The notes beneath the pieces are model-generated. The model saw only the letters and a list, made by a program, of their open reading frames with translations, made no database searches and was not told where the DNA came from. From NCBI GenBank assembly GCA_002633005.1, contig NMRA01000087.1:186001-250000 (forward strand): DNA of 64,000 nt. The letters are read 5' to 3'. This DNA is from Phoronis australis. Lineage: Eukaryota; Animalia; Phoronida. The translations under genes and the position numbers were made by a program. Numbering within the stretch: position 1 is the first letter of the stretch; every line of letters begins with the position of its first letter. Below, in pieces: positions 24,625-39,300 of this stretch.

Positions 24625-27191
24625 AATGTAAAAGTGCGCTTTTTAACGTGGCCAAGTAAATTACACTGGTGATAGGATTGAATTAAGCTTAACTGCAAGA
24701 CTAAAGGATCCAATAACATAAAAAAGACAGACGTTATTGAGAGTTAAGTCTGGCTTTATGGTTTTCAGCACTCAAAAGTTAACTAACAGTTATCATGGGC
24801 ACTACCAACGCTGTCCTAGAGGACAGCTTTGGTGGACCCACTAAATTTTATCTTGCATCGAAGAATTGTTTACCCAGGAGGCCCTGTCAGTCTAACGTTT
24901 TACCAAGCATAGTGTAAGACCCGAGCCTGCAGTGGGTATGTGGAGCTTCACGCTTTCAAGTTCGAACAGAATAAAAACATGTTCTAACATTTAACACGGA
25001 AACTGACCAGGTCAGTGGAAGGCGTACGTAGCCATCACACGAGAAGTTTAGCAGGTGGAAAACCTGTGTTATTAAGTGCGGTGTCAAATCTCTGTGGGTA
25101 ATATCTACTTGCTATCAATCACACACCACGCGACTAAGACATAACCATCTGTGTGGTTGGTGGTCTTGAATCAATTGATGTATCGTTTGGAATTTAGAAC
25201 GTCAACTAAGTTCAAAGAACCAGATATCACAAGCTTCAAAAACATGTCCCCTTCCTGCTCTGGGAGCCCATAATTTGTTTTACAACTCCCCATGATCTTT
25301 ATCACATAAATATTTGGTTCTGCGAGCCAAGCATTGTTTGTCACCGAGCAAACAGTAATACTATCGTATGGTATCGTATTTCAAATGGAGAATCCCTGAC
25401 ACAGCGGGAAGGCCACTACGACAGATGAAAATACTTCTGATCAATTTAAAAAATCTTTAAGATACATGTTGCTCTTCAACTTGTTGTTTTTTCTAATTTG
25501 TTTTGACGAGTCTCGACAAATTGGGAGTTGAAATTTATTTGAAAACTTTAAAAACTTTTTATCGTCTAAGATTTCGTCGAACTTAAACAGTTTTACCTTC
25601 TTCGAAATTTTCCTTGGAAACAACAGTTATGTACTCTCCCGAGTAAATGACGTTTCGTAAATCGGGCAAGTCTAGCGAAACCGTAACTTACCAAAACGCA
25701 AACTTTGAAAGTACTGTGCCTGCAATCAAATTCCTTGACAACGATATTCTAAAATACAGATGGATTTCGCAGAATTCCAGAACCCGTATGAATAACGACC
25801 TTGGAAAGATACAGAAACGATGTTTTAGGCGCGCAGCAAAGATAACAAATGCCCTTTAAACAAAATTTCAAAACATGGAAAGCTCACAAAATCATTTAAA
25901 TGCAATAAGGTGCTCAAAGGCACGTGCTACTCCACTTTTTTACCGTTTTAATTAGCCAGTGTCTGTATCATCTCATGCTCTGACCACCACAGCAGGCCTT
26001 TACACGAGAGGAAGGTGAGGACACAAAGCGATGACGTCAACAGATCGTGCGATGATTGTGTTTCGCTATTTCTGACTATGGAATGATGCCTATAAACACG
26101 ATTATTACTTTAGTTCAATTTCGGGTACATTATTTCTATGGCGGTGGGGACTAGTGTCCATCTTCAAGAACTTTCGGTGTGAACAACGCCGAGACCGCGC
26201 TCATGACGATTACGCACTCACCGGGTCGCGACTCCTGACGGGTAACTCGAAATTAACGTCTCTGAACATGAACGACTCGTCAAGTCTAAATTTGCTACAT
26301 GCGGCGATAATCTTCTTTATTACACAAAAACGTTTAAACTACTGGCCATCAATATAATTGTCACCAAACGAGCACATACATTCTGAGGCGAGACTGTGAA
26401 AACTCTCTGGCCTCGAAACTTCAGCTGAATTCAGAAGTACTTTAGAAATTCTAAAAAAACAGCAATTAATAAAAACTCTTTACTTCGAAAAATGAATGTA
26501 TCCATAGATATTTTTCACCGCTTTTTGACGTTTGATTGGTGCAGAATATACATTCTGGATTCTAGATAATAAGGCCAGGCGCGAGGTGAACTTTCCTGAT
26601 TTGTACCAGGTGCAAAATATATCTCTTTAGTGGCACATGCTCCTTCGAAACGAATCAAGTAAAAGCATCACGAGGCGATAAAGACGAATTCATTCTGCGA
26701 AATGCGATATTCTTTTGAAACTGATTGAGTGTTTTATGAGAGCATTACAGAGGTAATGTCATTAATTCTCAAGAGGATTTGACGAATTGACTCCCTTGTA
26801 GTATTTTTTGTGTCATACGTGTTTACGATGTGCTCCGATAATTAAATAGAATTAAACCTAAGTTATGTAAAGCCTGTGCCATGCAAACACGTTACACTTG
26901 TTCTTAGAAAAAGTGCCATACAACACGTGATCACTGAAGCATGCGCAATAATCGCATTGTCTAAATATCTCGGATAACATATTCACAATGTCTGTGTCTA
27001 TACTTGATGATTAATCACATAAAAAGCTTGTAATGAACACAATAAATTTCCCTATGTCCAGGAAAGTACACTCGACTTGGTTTATCTCGGAATTAAAGGT
27101 GCCAAGTAATGCTTATACTGGTCTCACCTGTATTTACTCGACCTCTTATTATGGCAAGCCTGTGTGTGAATTATGATTATGTGAATTTCAG

Positions 27192-27347
27192 ATGAAAGAG
27201 CTGTGATACCACTCACCGACCAAAGTCGTTTTTTAAAGATAAGATCGGGAAGGGCCTACTCCAGGTTCTACTATTTGGACACAGACTTGAATAGCCTGCG
27301 CTACAAGGGATCAAGGAAATTACAGTGTTTACAAAGCCAGTTGGAGG
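27192..27347 (+). CDS. PLCD: PLC exon, PH domain N-half
   Basis: tttcag acceptor; (D)[42 protein letters not shown]; gtgagt donor. Confidence 0.85.
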
Positions 27348-30300
27348 GTGAGTTCCAAGGGTCGATTCAGGAATTTATGTGGATACCCCCTTTACATTCT
27401 CTGTATACGTTGTATGACATACATCTGCACAATTGCAATCAATGCCCGGACATCTAGATGCATCCCTTGAGATTCGGACATGGTTTGGTTTAACTTTGGG
27501 GATGTACTTTTGTAACAACTACGACTCTGAGCAATGGTGTGACAGCTAACAAGTGTTGTAACAATTTACCACTCGGGTCAGGCTCCCCCTCTTAACCAGT
27601 CTGGGAAGATCTTGTTCAAGTACCCACTCTTTAAATGATTTGAATGGCGTTCCGGATTTTGTCGAGTTTAGTGACACGGACGGTTGTGTTGTGATTCGAT
27701 AAGAACGATTATGCAATTTAACCAACCCAAATTGGACGTCCTCAGAATCTGTTAACGAATAAATAGCTAACGACACGACCATCCTGACATCCTTTTGGAC
27801 CACCACGTTCTACCGCGAAATATAAAGAAAAACGAGCCACTAAAAGAGTCCTCAACCCAACCATTCTCCAGACTGGCAATGTACGTGGACGTTCACTCTG
27901 CCTCATGCTGTCAGGTGTATCGAAACATTAAAATACTTGCACTTAACCTTTCAGCAATCTCGATGTTAATCGCCACCAAGTCGTTCTTGATGGAGAACAA
28001 TACTTTATTAGCAATTGTTCAGATAAATTGGTTATGGTCTGCGATTGACACACTTTGAAACTGCGGCTCACTGTAAAGCGCTTATTACTTTTAACGAAGT
28101 TCTTATTTTGTTTCAAAAACTACACAAGCGTGTCGAAGGTTGTTTTTAACTCACCAGCTTGGCAACAGGCGATCGCATCACTGGGTAAAAAATCCCGCCC
28201 GACTTCAGCTCATGCGTTCGCTTTTTTAAAAAAGCGCAACTGAAAAAATCACTGCATCATTACTCAAAATAAACAACAAGACATGCCAGAACCAACACTT
28301 TGGCCTAACAGTAAAAAAAATCGTCTCCAACATATTACGATACTCATGATTCGGTGCGGACGGACTCGTCATCCACATTTGAAACGCGTTACAACTTGGA
28401 AGTTGTTCCAAAGATAAAATCGATATGATTAGTCTATACGTGCCCTCGACTTTTGCAAAACAGTGGGCCAATATCACACCTGTTGCTTTGACACCTGGGT
28501 AGAACAATTTGCCAATTGCGTGCTCTGACTGTAATTGTAAATTGACGAGTGAGGAGTTCTCATTACTGCCAGCCAATAACATCACCGCCCATTGCGGTAG
28601 TGAGAAGCCAGCGACATTTAACCTGAGCGCTCCCTGTAGGGTGAAAACACCACGACCAACTGGACACCCGGAGCTTCACATTTTCACTGCCTCCCAAACA
28701 ACAGCTTTGCTGTTGCTACATTTGCAATACACGAATCTACAGTTTAGTCCACAATCATGAATATGTAATTAAGTAGAATAATCACACCAATTTACGAGCG
28801 TTTCTATTATGAATGAGGACGAGAGAAAAAGAGCTGTTAAATCTATACTTTTCGATGGACATCTACTGGATTATCAGAAGGTTGCTATTAGGCTATCCCC
28901 AAAATATTTAGCATTATCACATGCTCAAATTTTCTTCCTGAGAGCCACCTGCCCTCGATTTTGGAGCGCATTTAAAAATACCGATGATTTTAGTATCAAT
29001 CAAGAAATTTGCAAATCCAGTCACAATTTCACAAAATCCACTTCGAGCTCAGAATTCATACTGTTAGCTAGCTATGAAGAAAAACAAGTTTTCAAAGTAT
29101 CACATTTAAAGTCTTACTTCCATTACTGTTGTTACGGCCAATGAGCTAAGGCTGAATCCCCCACCATCGGCTGACCAGTGGCCGAGATCTGAGTGATGAG
29201 AACTAACTTCATGAATAATGTAAGCACCTCTGTGTCCAAACAGCCCCGCAGTATTCGCAGGCTGATGGCCCAGATTTAATATCAATTATCAAGTGTTGTT
29301 TTAGCAAATTATTATTTAGAGAGAAATCCGCATTTTATTGTCGAGTTCATACAGAGCGCAATATAAAAATCAGCGCATGCTCAACTTGAAACCGTCTACG
29401 GTAGACTCATACATAGAAAGCTCACGGCCTAAACTGAAATTCTTGGCACTTTACAAGAATCTAGTAACCTATAAAATTTCACTTCCAGCCGTCAGCATCA
29501 ACGAAATTGCCGAAGTAAAGAATGTCTGTGATAATGAGGTGTCCAAAGCCGCACGTGACCATGGCTACTCAGTAAGTTTACGAGACAAGTGGAGCTTGGC
29601 ATTATAGATCTGGACAATAGAAGGCGTGTTTAGTTACTTTTACCATTCCATGGTGAACAATGGTGAATGGCTAGTTAGAGATTCCTTTCTCCGCGTACTT
29701 GACGATATCTCGCAGTCACTTGTGTGTGTATGATCTCGGTATAAGTTTATGCCTGGTTGACACGTTAATATGCCAAAACGAGACTTGAACAGCACAACAT
29801 GGCATCGGGCTAAACGGCCCTGTGGTTACACATCACAACTCCTAAGGTTGACCACTTCGAAGATTCACTATAGAAAGTTCACTACTCTGATCGTCTGCTA
29901 ATGAGGCGTAACTGACATGAATTGTATTTGTGCACATTTTGTGAAGATTGGCATGTAGTCTTTTTGACCCGGCCGCGCGCGGGGTTCCTGAACTTAAAAA
30001 AATGAGTACGTCATCAACTCCGTGACCTGATCGCCGCGCCATTTCACGGCGCAACAAATATTTTTCCGCTCTCAAATCCACCCACCGCACCGGAACCACG
30101 TGCGACCGTGTTGGTTGAAACTATAGTAGCCTACCCTGACAGTCTTTAGACATTCAGACAAGTGAACGTTTGGAGTGATGATCAGTGTAACCAATTCGCT
30201 TATGTTAGCGATTGCAATTCAAACAAGTGCATACCGTTCAAGCCCCTTTTAAAACTTAAATTAATATTCACGAGCTCTCTACTGAAGGCAAACCTGGGTA

Positions 30301-33300
30301 GAGTTTAGTAGCTGTCTCTCGGCTTAGAAAAATCTAGCCAAAGTCACATGCCCTCGTTGAAAATACACGGCAATATCTCGCGTAATCTCATAAAATCTTG
30401 CAAGGTCCTAGCTTGGTTCTAGCGTTACTGAGCTCTACCCTGGGTCGAGTTAACATACCCTATTGTCTCACTAGAAAAGCAAGCTCTCGCGACATTCCAC
30501 GAGATATCGCCGTGTATTTTAAATTAGAGCTCATGATTTTGGCTACATTTTTTTCGCCACGACACATTTATTATATTACCTGTCAGGAGAAAAACCACCT
30601 AATCTCGTGAGAAAATTCACCCGTGAAGAACCCTTCACTGATGTGTCCACACGATTCAATGCAATGAGTTCAATCATGTTGCCGGCCTTAGCATGCCTTG
30701 TGCATTGCAATCCGACCAGTTGTCACTTTTTTATTGATATTTTGCCGGTATGGGACAGGAATTTATTGGATCATAGTTGGAATATGTAGAGGTGTGGCCA
30801 TGGAATCATTTCTGCCTCTTGGAGTATTCATGGGTTGATATCAAAGTTATCCATTTATTCATTCTTTTTTATCTATTGACGTAAGCTCAAAGTAGCCTAA
30901 TTGTGCATTTCTTACAGGAAGAGAATTGTCTCAGTCTCGTCTTCGACACCATCAGCGGGAGATGTCTGGATCTCGTGGCACCGTCACGTGAAGTGCGAGA
31001 TCAATGGGCGGCTGGAATTCGACAGCTGCTATTGAACGAGCGCCGTAAATGCCACTGGAAGTATCCTTTTGAAGGACAGGTTAAATGTTGTTATTCTTAG
31101 TGTCACCCGAAGTTTGTTACGAGCATTCAGTGTACTCTCTTTTAGGTAATCGACATACCCAGATGATCTTGTGGAACTAAAAAGTTGTGACGGAAGGTTT
31201 AGTAATAATATCGCCACTAATTATTACATCTTCCTCGAATGGAAACTCACACCAAAACCATTGCGGGAAGCATCATCAGCAATTTTGTCATGCAGTCTCA
31301 GCACCCAACCATACACGTTAGGGTCGAAGATGCGCAAGCACTCACGTTAAAACTATGCGGTAATGGGGCGTTTTCATAACTCGCATTGATGACTGGCACC
31401 ATTCGAAGCCTTCAGCACTAGATCCGCAAGCAGGCGTTTCATCCCAACGTCACTGCGAGTGAGTTAGTTTTTGAACACAGTGGCAACATGAGCTACATTT
31501 CAAAATTTACTAGTTATTAGTAATATTATCCTTGCCATTATTATTAACTATCTTTGGCCTTTCTTAGCATGGGCCGATTTGTGCTATAACTTAACTTTTG
31601 AAGTACACCTATTTGGAAACAGTGCTTACACTCTGTATTGCAAAAAATATAACAGTTACACGGAGCGCCATCGTTCGAGATCTCATTTTGTCTGTAATTC
31701 GTTTTACGGTTTTATCAATGGACGAGTTAGCGTTTAGTAATTTTATACGTTTACTGAAGGTCTTGAGTGGTGTTTACTTATTGTTTCGACGGCTAGAATC
31801 TCCGCCGCGAACTTGGGCTCCTGTTTGCACTTGGCAACTTTGACTTGATCTAGTTTTACTGTTATCGTTGTATGTGACCAGATGTAACATGCACGTTCTT
31901 CACTCTCCTGCCTCCTTGATACGCAATAGCTTTCTTGGAAATGGTTGAATTACGACTAAACTAGAGCAATGTTTATACACTCGTTATTGTTTAGTTGCCA
32001 AATTGGTTGCATTAAGAACCTTTTCATTCACTTTCTCTTTAAATTTCCTTTACAACTGTTAAGTCATATTTCAAAAATATTCCAAGAAGTTGACTGCAAC
32101 GGAGACGGTTTGGTAACATTCGACGAAACTATGGAGTTGATGAAAAGATTAAACATTGGTCTTCAAAGCTCGTACGGAAGAGAGTTGTTTTATGTAAGAA
32201 TTAGGCCTTTATTGTCGTTCCTCGATCCAACTATTTTTCCGTCCTGAATGCTCCTGCGAGGTTTTTTCTATCCCGCCTAATTCCTGGTGTGTTTTTTATT
32301 TCCCTGTCACCATTTCGATCTGGCATGTTTCTGACATATGTGTAGTTGCGCACTCTCAAGCGAAAACATTTAAGGCATTTGTCTGTTGTATTTCAGTTAT
32401 TGCCTAATTATTTGTTGTCATTTGGCTTCTCATTGCTGCAATGTCTGTTCCATATCTGAAAAAAAGATCACGAACATTTCACCGTGGCCCGGGGAAGGAA
32501 TACTAGTCACTGACTAAAAGGACTCAAAACGTAAAAAAACAAGAGTCACAATCGCAAAAACACTAACCACCAACAAAAACTCGAGTCACAAGGTTGTGAA
32601 CTGGAGTTACATAGGCTTGCTCATTTAAGTTCTTCTAATAAAAATGTTTGCGAAAACACAACGCGTTGGTTGCATATAAGGCCAAAAGAGATTGGTTCTG
32701 GCCTCCGTGTTTTGAAACTCAAGTCGGTGGTGCGCCATGTTTTTAGTCTCTCACTTTGCGCTATGTTTTTAGCCGCTCTCTTTTTTCAAAAAGAAAATCC
32801 ACCCGAGACGAGCAAAATGATCTGCAGTTTTTCAAAAAAAAAAACACCAGAATTTGACTAAAATAAATGCGGGCGAGCGTTTTTTTCTCAAAATGAGTCG
32901 GGATGGAGACCAGAACCAACTGTGCCTTTTGGTCTAATACGTCATCCATAGATACCCGTGCAAATGCGGAAGGCAAGATCAGGACTGAGGTACCAGGCAG
33001 AGCAGCATGTCACCTGGTCTGTTTGTATGTATTATATATATAAAACCACCACTGATGCTTCTCTAGTTTCAATTCTTCGTCTGCTAGCTCCCCTTTTTCT
33101 GTTTTGATATTGTGCCGTCGTCTGCTCGTTAACGTAGTTTACGCGATCCCAAGTGAATAGTTTCTACGTCAGACCACAAATAGCGACACCTGACGTACGA
33201 GCGACTTGAATCGCTAGCCGGGCATAATCATCTCACAATGGAAGTCGTGGTACAATGTTTTACCCAATCAGAGGACAGAAGTATCAGTGGTTGTATAATA

Positions 33301-36300
33301 GTTTAATATGCACCAAAACTCAACGCAGTTTTTGTTGTTCATTTCAAGTCCGAATGACGTACGCGCTTGCTACTAACCATGCGCGCACCCAGCCTAAAAT
33401 ATAGGGGGACAATGTGGACCTTTCACTAAAAAAACGAGGTACCACCNAAAAACTCGAGTCACAAGGTTGTGAACTGGAGTTATATAGGCTTGCTCATTTA
33501 AGTTCTTCTAATAAAAATGTTTGCGAAAACACAACGCGTTGGTTGCATATAAGGCCAAAAGAGATTGGTTCTGGCCTCCATGTTTTGAAACTCAAGTCGG
33601 TGGTGCGCCATGTTTTTAGTCTCTCACTTTGCGCTATGTTTTTAGCCGCTCTCTTTTTTCAAAAAGAAAATCCACCCGAGACGAGCAAAATGATCTGCAG
33701 TTTTTCAAAAAAAACACACCAGAATTTGACTAAAATAAATGCGGGCGAGCGTTTTTTTCTCAAAATGAGTCAGGATGGAGACCAGAACCAACTGTGCCTT
33801 TTGGTCTAATACGTCATCCATAGATACCCGTGCAAATGCAGAAGGCAAGATCAGGACTGAGGTATCAGGCAGAGCAGCATGTCACCTGGTCTGTTTGTAT
33901 GTATTATATATATTATACCACCACTGATGCTTCTCTAGTTTCAATTCTTCGTCTGCTAGCTCCCCTTTTTCTGTTTTGATATTGTGCCGTCGTCTGCTCG
34001 TTAACGTAGTTTACGCGATCCCAAGTGAATAGTTTCTACGTCAGACCACAAATAGCGACACCTGACGTACGAGCGACTTGAATCGCTAGCCGGGCATAAT
34101 CATCTCACAATGGAAGTCGTGGTACAATGTTTTACCCAATCAGAGGACAGAAGTATCAGTGGTTGTATAATAGTTTAATATGCACCAAAACTCAACGCAG
34201 TTTTTGTTGTTCATTTCAAGTCCGAATGACGTACGCGCTTGCTACTAACCATGCGCGCACCCAGCCTAAAATATAGGGGGACAATGTGGACCTTTCACTA
34301 AAAAAACGAGGTACCACCGTGGTACTATGTACCTCGTGACGTCCAGAGCTACAAATTGTGCATTCGCACCTTTTTAGTGGATTTTGTCTCGTTTTTTCGA
34401 CTTTTTGTTTCTCTGAGACGGACCTTTTTGCAAACTTCGNGGGGGCATGCTGGCAGAAAAATGCCAATCCTTGCACTTAGATAAGTAACCTGTCAGTACA
34501 TAAGTATTTGCAGACATCGCGATTAACGCAGAAACCTCGTAGAACACAACTGTGCCTACAGTTTGAGAATAAAAACATTCCAATTAAGCAATAATGGCAC
34601 GTGTAATTTTCACTGTGAAATATACCGAAGTCCATTATCAATATTTACCGACAATTGTGTAATTTCGATAACAATCCTGACCTTGTGGTGTAATTTTTAA
34701 TTCGTGGGCTCACTAAGAATTACGTCAGCATGCAGACACGACAGTTGTGGGCGGGATTTGGCTGCAGGATCCCGTTGAGTGCTTCATTGATTGGGACAGT
34801 TGAATAGAACTAATTTGCATATGACACGGGTCAAAGGGCACACGTGAATGATATTTCAAAGCTGTATTTGTATAATTTGGGACTTCACATTTATGTGAAG
34901 GACACGTTTTTTGGACCATGAGATGTTTCTCCAGTAATCCAGGAGTCTGTTTCATGAAAAGTCAGACTAAAGATTCAGAAATTTGGTCTTAAGCCCCACA
35001 CAACTATTTTTGAAAAAAAAAATTAAATTTCACTTGATCAACAGTGCAACAGATAATTTCCATAAATTGTTTCTAGACTGTGATCTGCTCTTGGGTAAAC
35101 ACCTTTTCAAAAATAGTAAAGTCGGATAGAGAGACCAAAAATTTCTAAGTCTAAGTCACTTTCATGAAACAAACCCAGTTAAGTTTCTTAACAACAATGA
35201 ATGTACAACATTTCTAATTTCTCTGAAAACTTTTGAATACTGAAACCTGTGCGTAAGAACCAGCAAGTGTGGGAATTACTGTCTTCTGACCGTTGCAATG
35301 TCCAGTGACTCGCGTCTCGTTCCGCGCAAGTGACTGTTGTTTTTTACCCAATGACTTGTGTTTTAAGGTCAGTGACGTGTGTCTAAGGGTTGTGACTTGT
35401 AGTCTTTCCCTGTGCTTCGTTTAGCTTGTGCATTACTCATTTATTGATCATTTTGACTGAAATTTGAGTTACATGTATTTAGGTCTAGTTTAAGATTGTC
35501 AAAATCTAGAGAACGTTTACAGTTGATGCAGATTATGCAAGCTCATTAAAAAGCGTCAGGATTATTGTAATTGTAAAGTTCGACATTTAGAAACCAGAAA
35601 AACACACCTACATACAGAAAGTCTTTTATGAAAAGCAAACACACTGGGAATTAGCGTGACATTTTAAACATGCATTTGTTCTAATTATCTAAACCTTCTT
35701 CAGGTTATTAAAATTGTGAATTGCCGACATGGACAGTACAATTTCAGAAGCGTCCAGGAGGTACGTAACATTACAACTTTACAGGGAACTTCGGGGCGGG
35801 AGCTTAGGGACTGGAGATATTTGGGACGAGGAAGTTGTACGTTCCATTTTTCGATTTATGTCAAATGTAGATGATATTGGAAATTGGATCATGTGACCGA
35901 AGAAGATGCAGTAAGTGCTGTTATGGAGGGTGACTACATGAAAGGCCCTTTTTCTTTATTTGATTGTCCGACCCTTTAGTTCTACTGGCCGGTGACTACT
36001 GGAAGTTTTCAAGGGTCGATGTGTTATCAGCTACGCGTGGTTGACTCAGACTCGGAAAGGATTAATTTCATTTCATCCCACCATATCGTCAGTAGCATAC
36101 GTGTTTTAAATGCACATCAATTGAGGGTACTTACATTTTCCGGTCCTCTGTCGCCAATAGTACTCAAATGTGCTCAAATGGTACTTTGTGAAATCTTCAT
36201 AACTTATGAAGTTTAATTCAACTTGTTATGACGTATGACAATGAGTGACGTAATTATGTGTATTTCTCGTCAGAGTTTGAAGATTTTGGAATGTGAATGC

Positions 36301-39300
36301 TTCCTGCATCCTGCATTGCTTTGAATTCTGTTGCAGAACGACACTTTGGAGAAAACCATGTCGAAAGGAGGCGCGCGCTGCCTATCGGTGAAAGAGATAA
36401 CAGAACTGTTTCGCATGGTCTCTACTAGACCGGATGTTATGGAAGTCTTAGACAAATTTTCCGAGCGCAGACGAATTCTGAATCCTGTTAAACTGAAACA
36501 GTTTCTCGAAGTAGAGCAGCACGTGAGTATTGCTTATTTACAACTAAGTAAATAGACCTAACTTACATACAGTCCAATGGACGCGAAACGTTGATCACGT
36601 ACTTAAACGGAATTGCTACATGAGGGGCTATGATTTTTTCCCTAAACCAAAACCCCCTCCAGTGACGTCACTGTTTTCATAAACCTCAACATTTAGTTGT
36701 AATAATAACAACTTCCTGTGAAGAAAAATTTCTATGTCTCTCACGTAAGTTTTGTTTCACTGTCGGATCACAATCTAGGTCTAACCGTTATGTCAGTGAT
36801 CGTGTGAAACTTTGCTGGTTCCCGCAGCAGAGGTAGATTGTAATCTACCGCGGGTACATGAGTCATAAGAAAGCACACACTTCCAGCTCACGTTTTACAA
36901 AAAAAAAAATATTTCTTCAGGAAAACGTGTCCATAGAAGAAACCGTGTCCATAATCAACCGCAACGACGTCTGCCCGTTGAATACGATGTGTGCAGGAGG
37001 ATTCAATTCTTACCTTCTGTCGGAGAGAGCTCTAATATTTAACTACAAACACAGGAACGTTTATCAAGACATGACGCAACCTCTGAATCATTACTTTATC
37101 GCCACATCGCATAATACGTAAGTTTACAAGACGTGGTTGCCACATTCCGCAACTTCATCGATTGGGCTAACCAAATTAAGTTCTATGTTAGGCCTAACCG
37201 ACAGGCCTATAGATTTTTGGACATCTCACTCGTTGCCCCCCTTGGGTAAAAGAAAAAGTAGAAATCTTAAAACGGTGCTACACCTTTATATAATTGTGTT
37301 GTTATAAATCTGCCCGTTGATATGGCATCAATAGAAAGAATTTTTAGTCTTCTTACACGCCATGTGTTGGTCACATCACGTGACGTACAGATAAGTCTGA
37401 CAAGCCCTCTGTCCCGTCTGCACGGTTAGCAAAAAATCCCGAGCTGGAGCCCCAGTAGGGACAGAGACCTTTTTAGACATCTCTGAAGGCCACGTGATGT
37501 GACCGACAGATGCCCTGTAAGAAGACTAATAATTCGTATTGTTACTAAACTTTGTTTTGGTGATTTAAACTAATCCTCGTTCTGTCCCAAGTTAATAGAT
37601 GGCAGGCGTCTCACTTGAGTGATAAAGATCCAACTAAAACACTTGCTCGGTGTGTCACAGGCTGGACAGTATGCTTTTTATTGAATGATCTTTTCAAAAG
37701 AGTTTTCAAAATTTACTCCAATGTTTTGGTTGATCGATTCGATGAGGGTTACAGAGAATTATTTTTCTAGAAAGCTGGATTGGAAAGTTGTTTTTAGAAT
37801 ATATTAATGGTTCAAAACCAGGTGTAGTATACTTTTGAGCCGGCAAGTATTTACTTGTTTTTATCTATACGTCGCACATGCGTTAGCACAGAGTTCATGC
37901 ACTTTCTTTCAAAGATAACTTTCGTTGTTTTTATTTTCATTCTCACAGTCATCATTCTTATTGACATCCACTTTGACATATTCGTTGTTGACTGAGTGTA
38001 TTACTGTCATACGAATCCACCGTTTGTTTTTAATGTTTTTAGTACCAAGCCATGTTCAATTCCCCAGTTGTTACTCGCGGTACAGTAAATTTTCAGATGT
38101 TAAACGAACATCAATAACACTCAAGACGTTTTCAAGGACATGATGGTATTAAAGCGCTTAGATAATGTCATGTTGTAATAGATTGTGATGTCTGTATGTA
38201 TTTGATTCAATGTTTGGCTCAAGTTGACACCAGAGCTGGGGTGCATAACTCTTATTAAAATGATCCTCTGGATAAGTTTGATTGTTGCATAACGTCAGTT
38301 GGATTGTTCAACAATAACAACGTGGCGCGTGATAATGTGACGTCATTGTTGCTATACGGCTATAACTTTTGTGCAACTGGGCCCAGGCGATTATTCATTA
38401 TTCCCAATTTCCGTGTTAGCATTTTGTTTCTGATTTAAGTAATATAGTCGATCATTTTTCTATTTCTCTTATTGCACACGTATGAAGTGCTAGACGTAAA
38501 TGTTACCTTCTAGTGCTCCATAATTTGAATTCGGTATCGCGTTTTACTAAGGACATTCGTATCACTGTACGTAGTAAAAGCTCGAGTTTTACTTTGGCCT
38601 TGCGATTCTCGGAAACGTGCTACTTCAACATTTGATTGCCAAAACAACAAATGGTTTCATATAAGTACCCAATAATTAATGTAAAAGCTGAGATTCCCAC
38701 GTGTACGAATAAACCGTTACCTTATGCCGTATGAAGACACGATGGGCAACAACTATAGATAACGGTTTTGTTTCCAAAGTAACTCTCGTGTGAGTGTGAA
38801 ACTCACTGCACTTCAAACCAATAACTCCGTGTCGTTGTCATGAACAGATATCTACTAAAAGATCAACTGAAAGGTCCAAGCAGTGTGGAAGGCTATATTA
38901 GAGCTCTGAAGAAAGGGTGCAAGTGTTTGGAGTGTAAGTAAACATAATCCGTTAACGGACAAACACACACGTTCAAAATAAAATAAAAGTGACTGCTATT
39001 CCTATAATTTGGTTGTTGTATTTTATACGGAAACTTGCTGTTACTAGACATGACAACTCACAATACCGATGTTTACTAGATTTTTTAGTACGGTACGTCT
39101 GCAGAAATGTCACCCATAGAAAAACGCCCAAAAGTAACGTTTTCTGAATTTCTCCACGTGTATATTTAAATACATGGACGAAGTCATAAACTGAACTTGT
39201 AAAGGTGACAAATGAATAATTGATACGGGGTTATATCCAAATATTTTTTGGTGCTCTCGGTATTAATGTTTTTAATGTAATAATTGTGCTCGATGCATGT

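Noticed and set aside
25960-26760. Nearer candidate first exons for PLC (donors at about 26015 and 26753)
   Set aside because: In the phase needed to join 27192 both have an in-frame stop and no ATG shortly upstream; they could only be non-coding exons.
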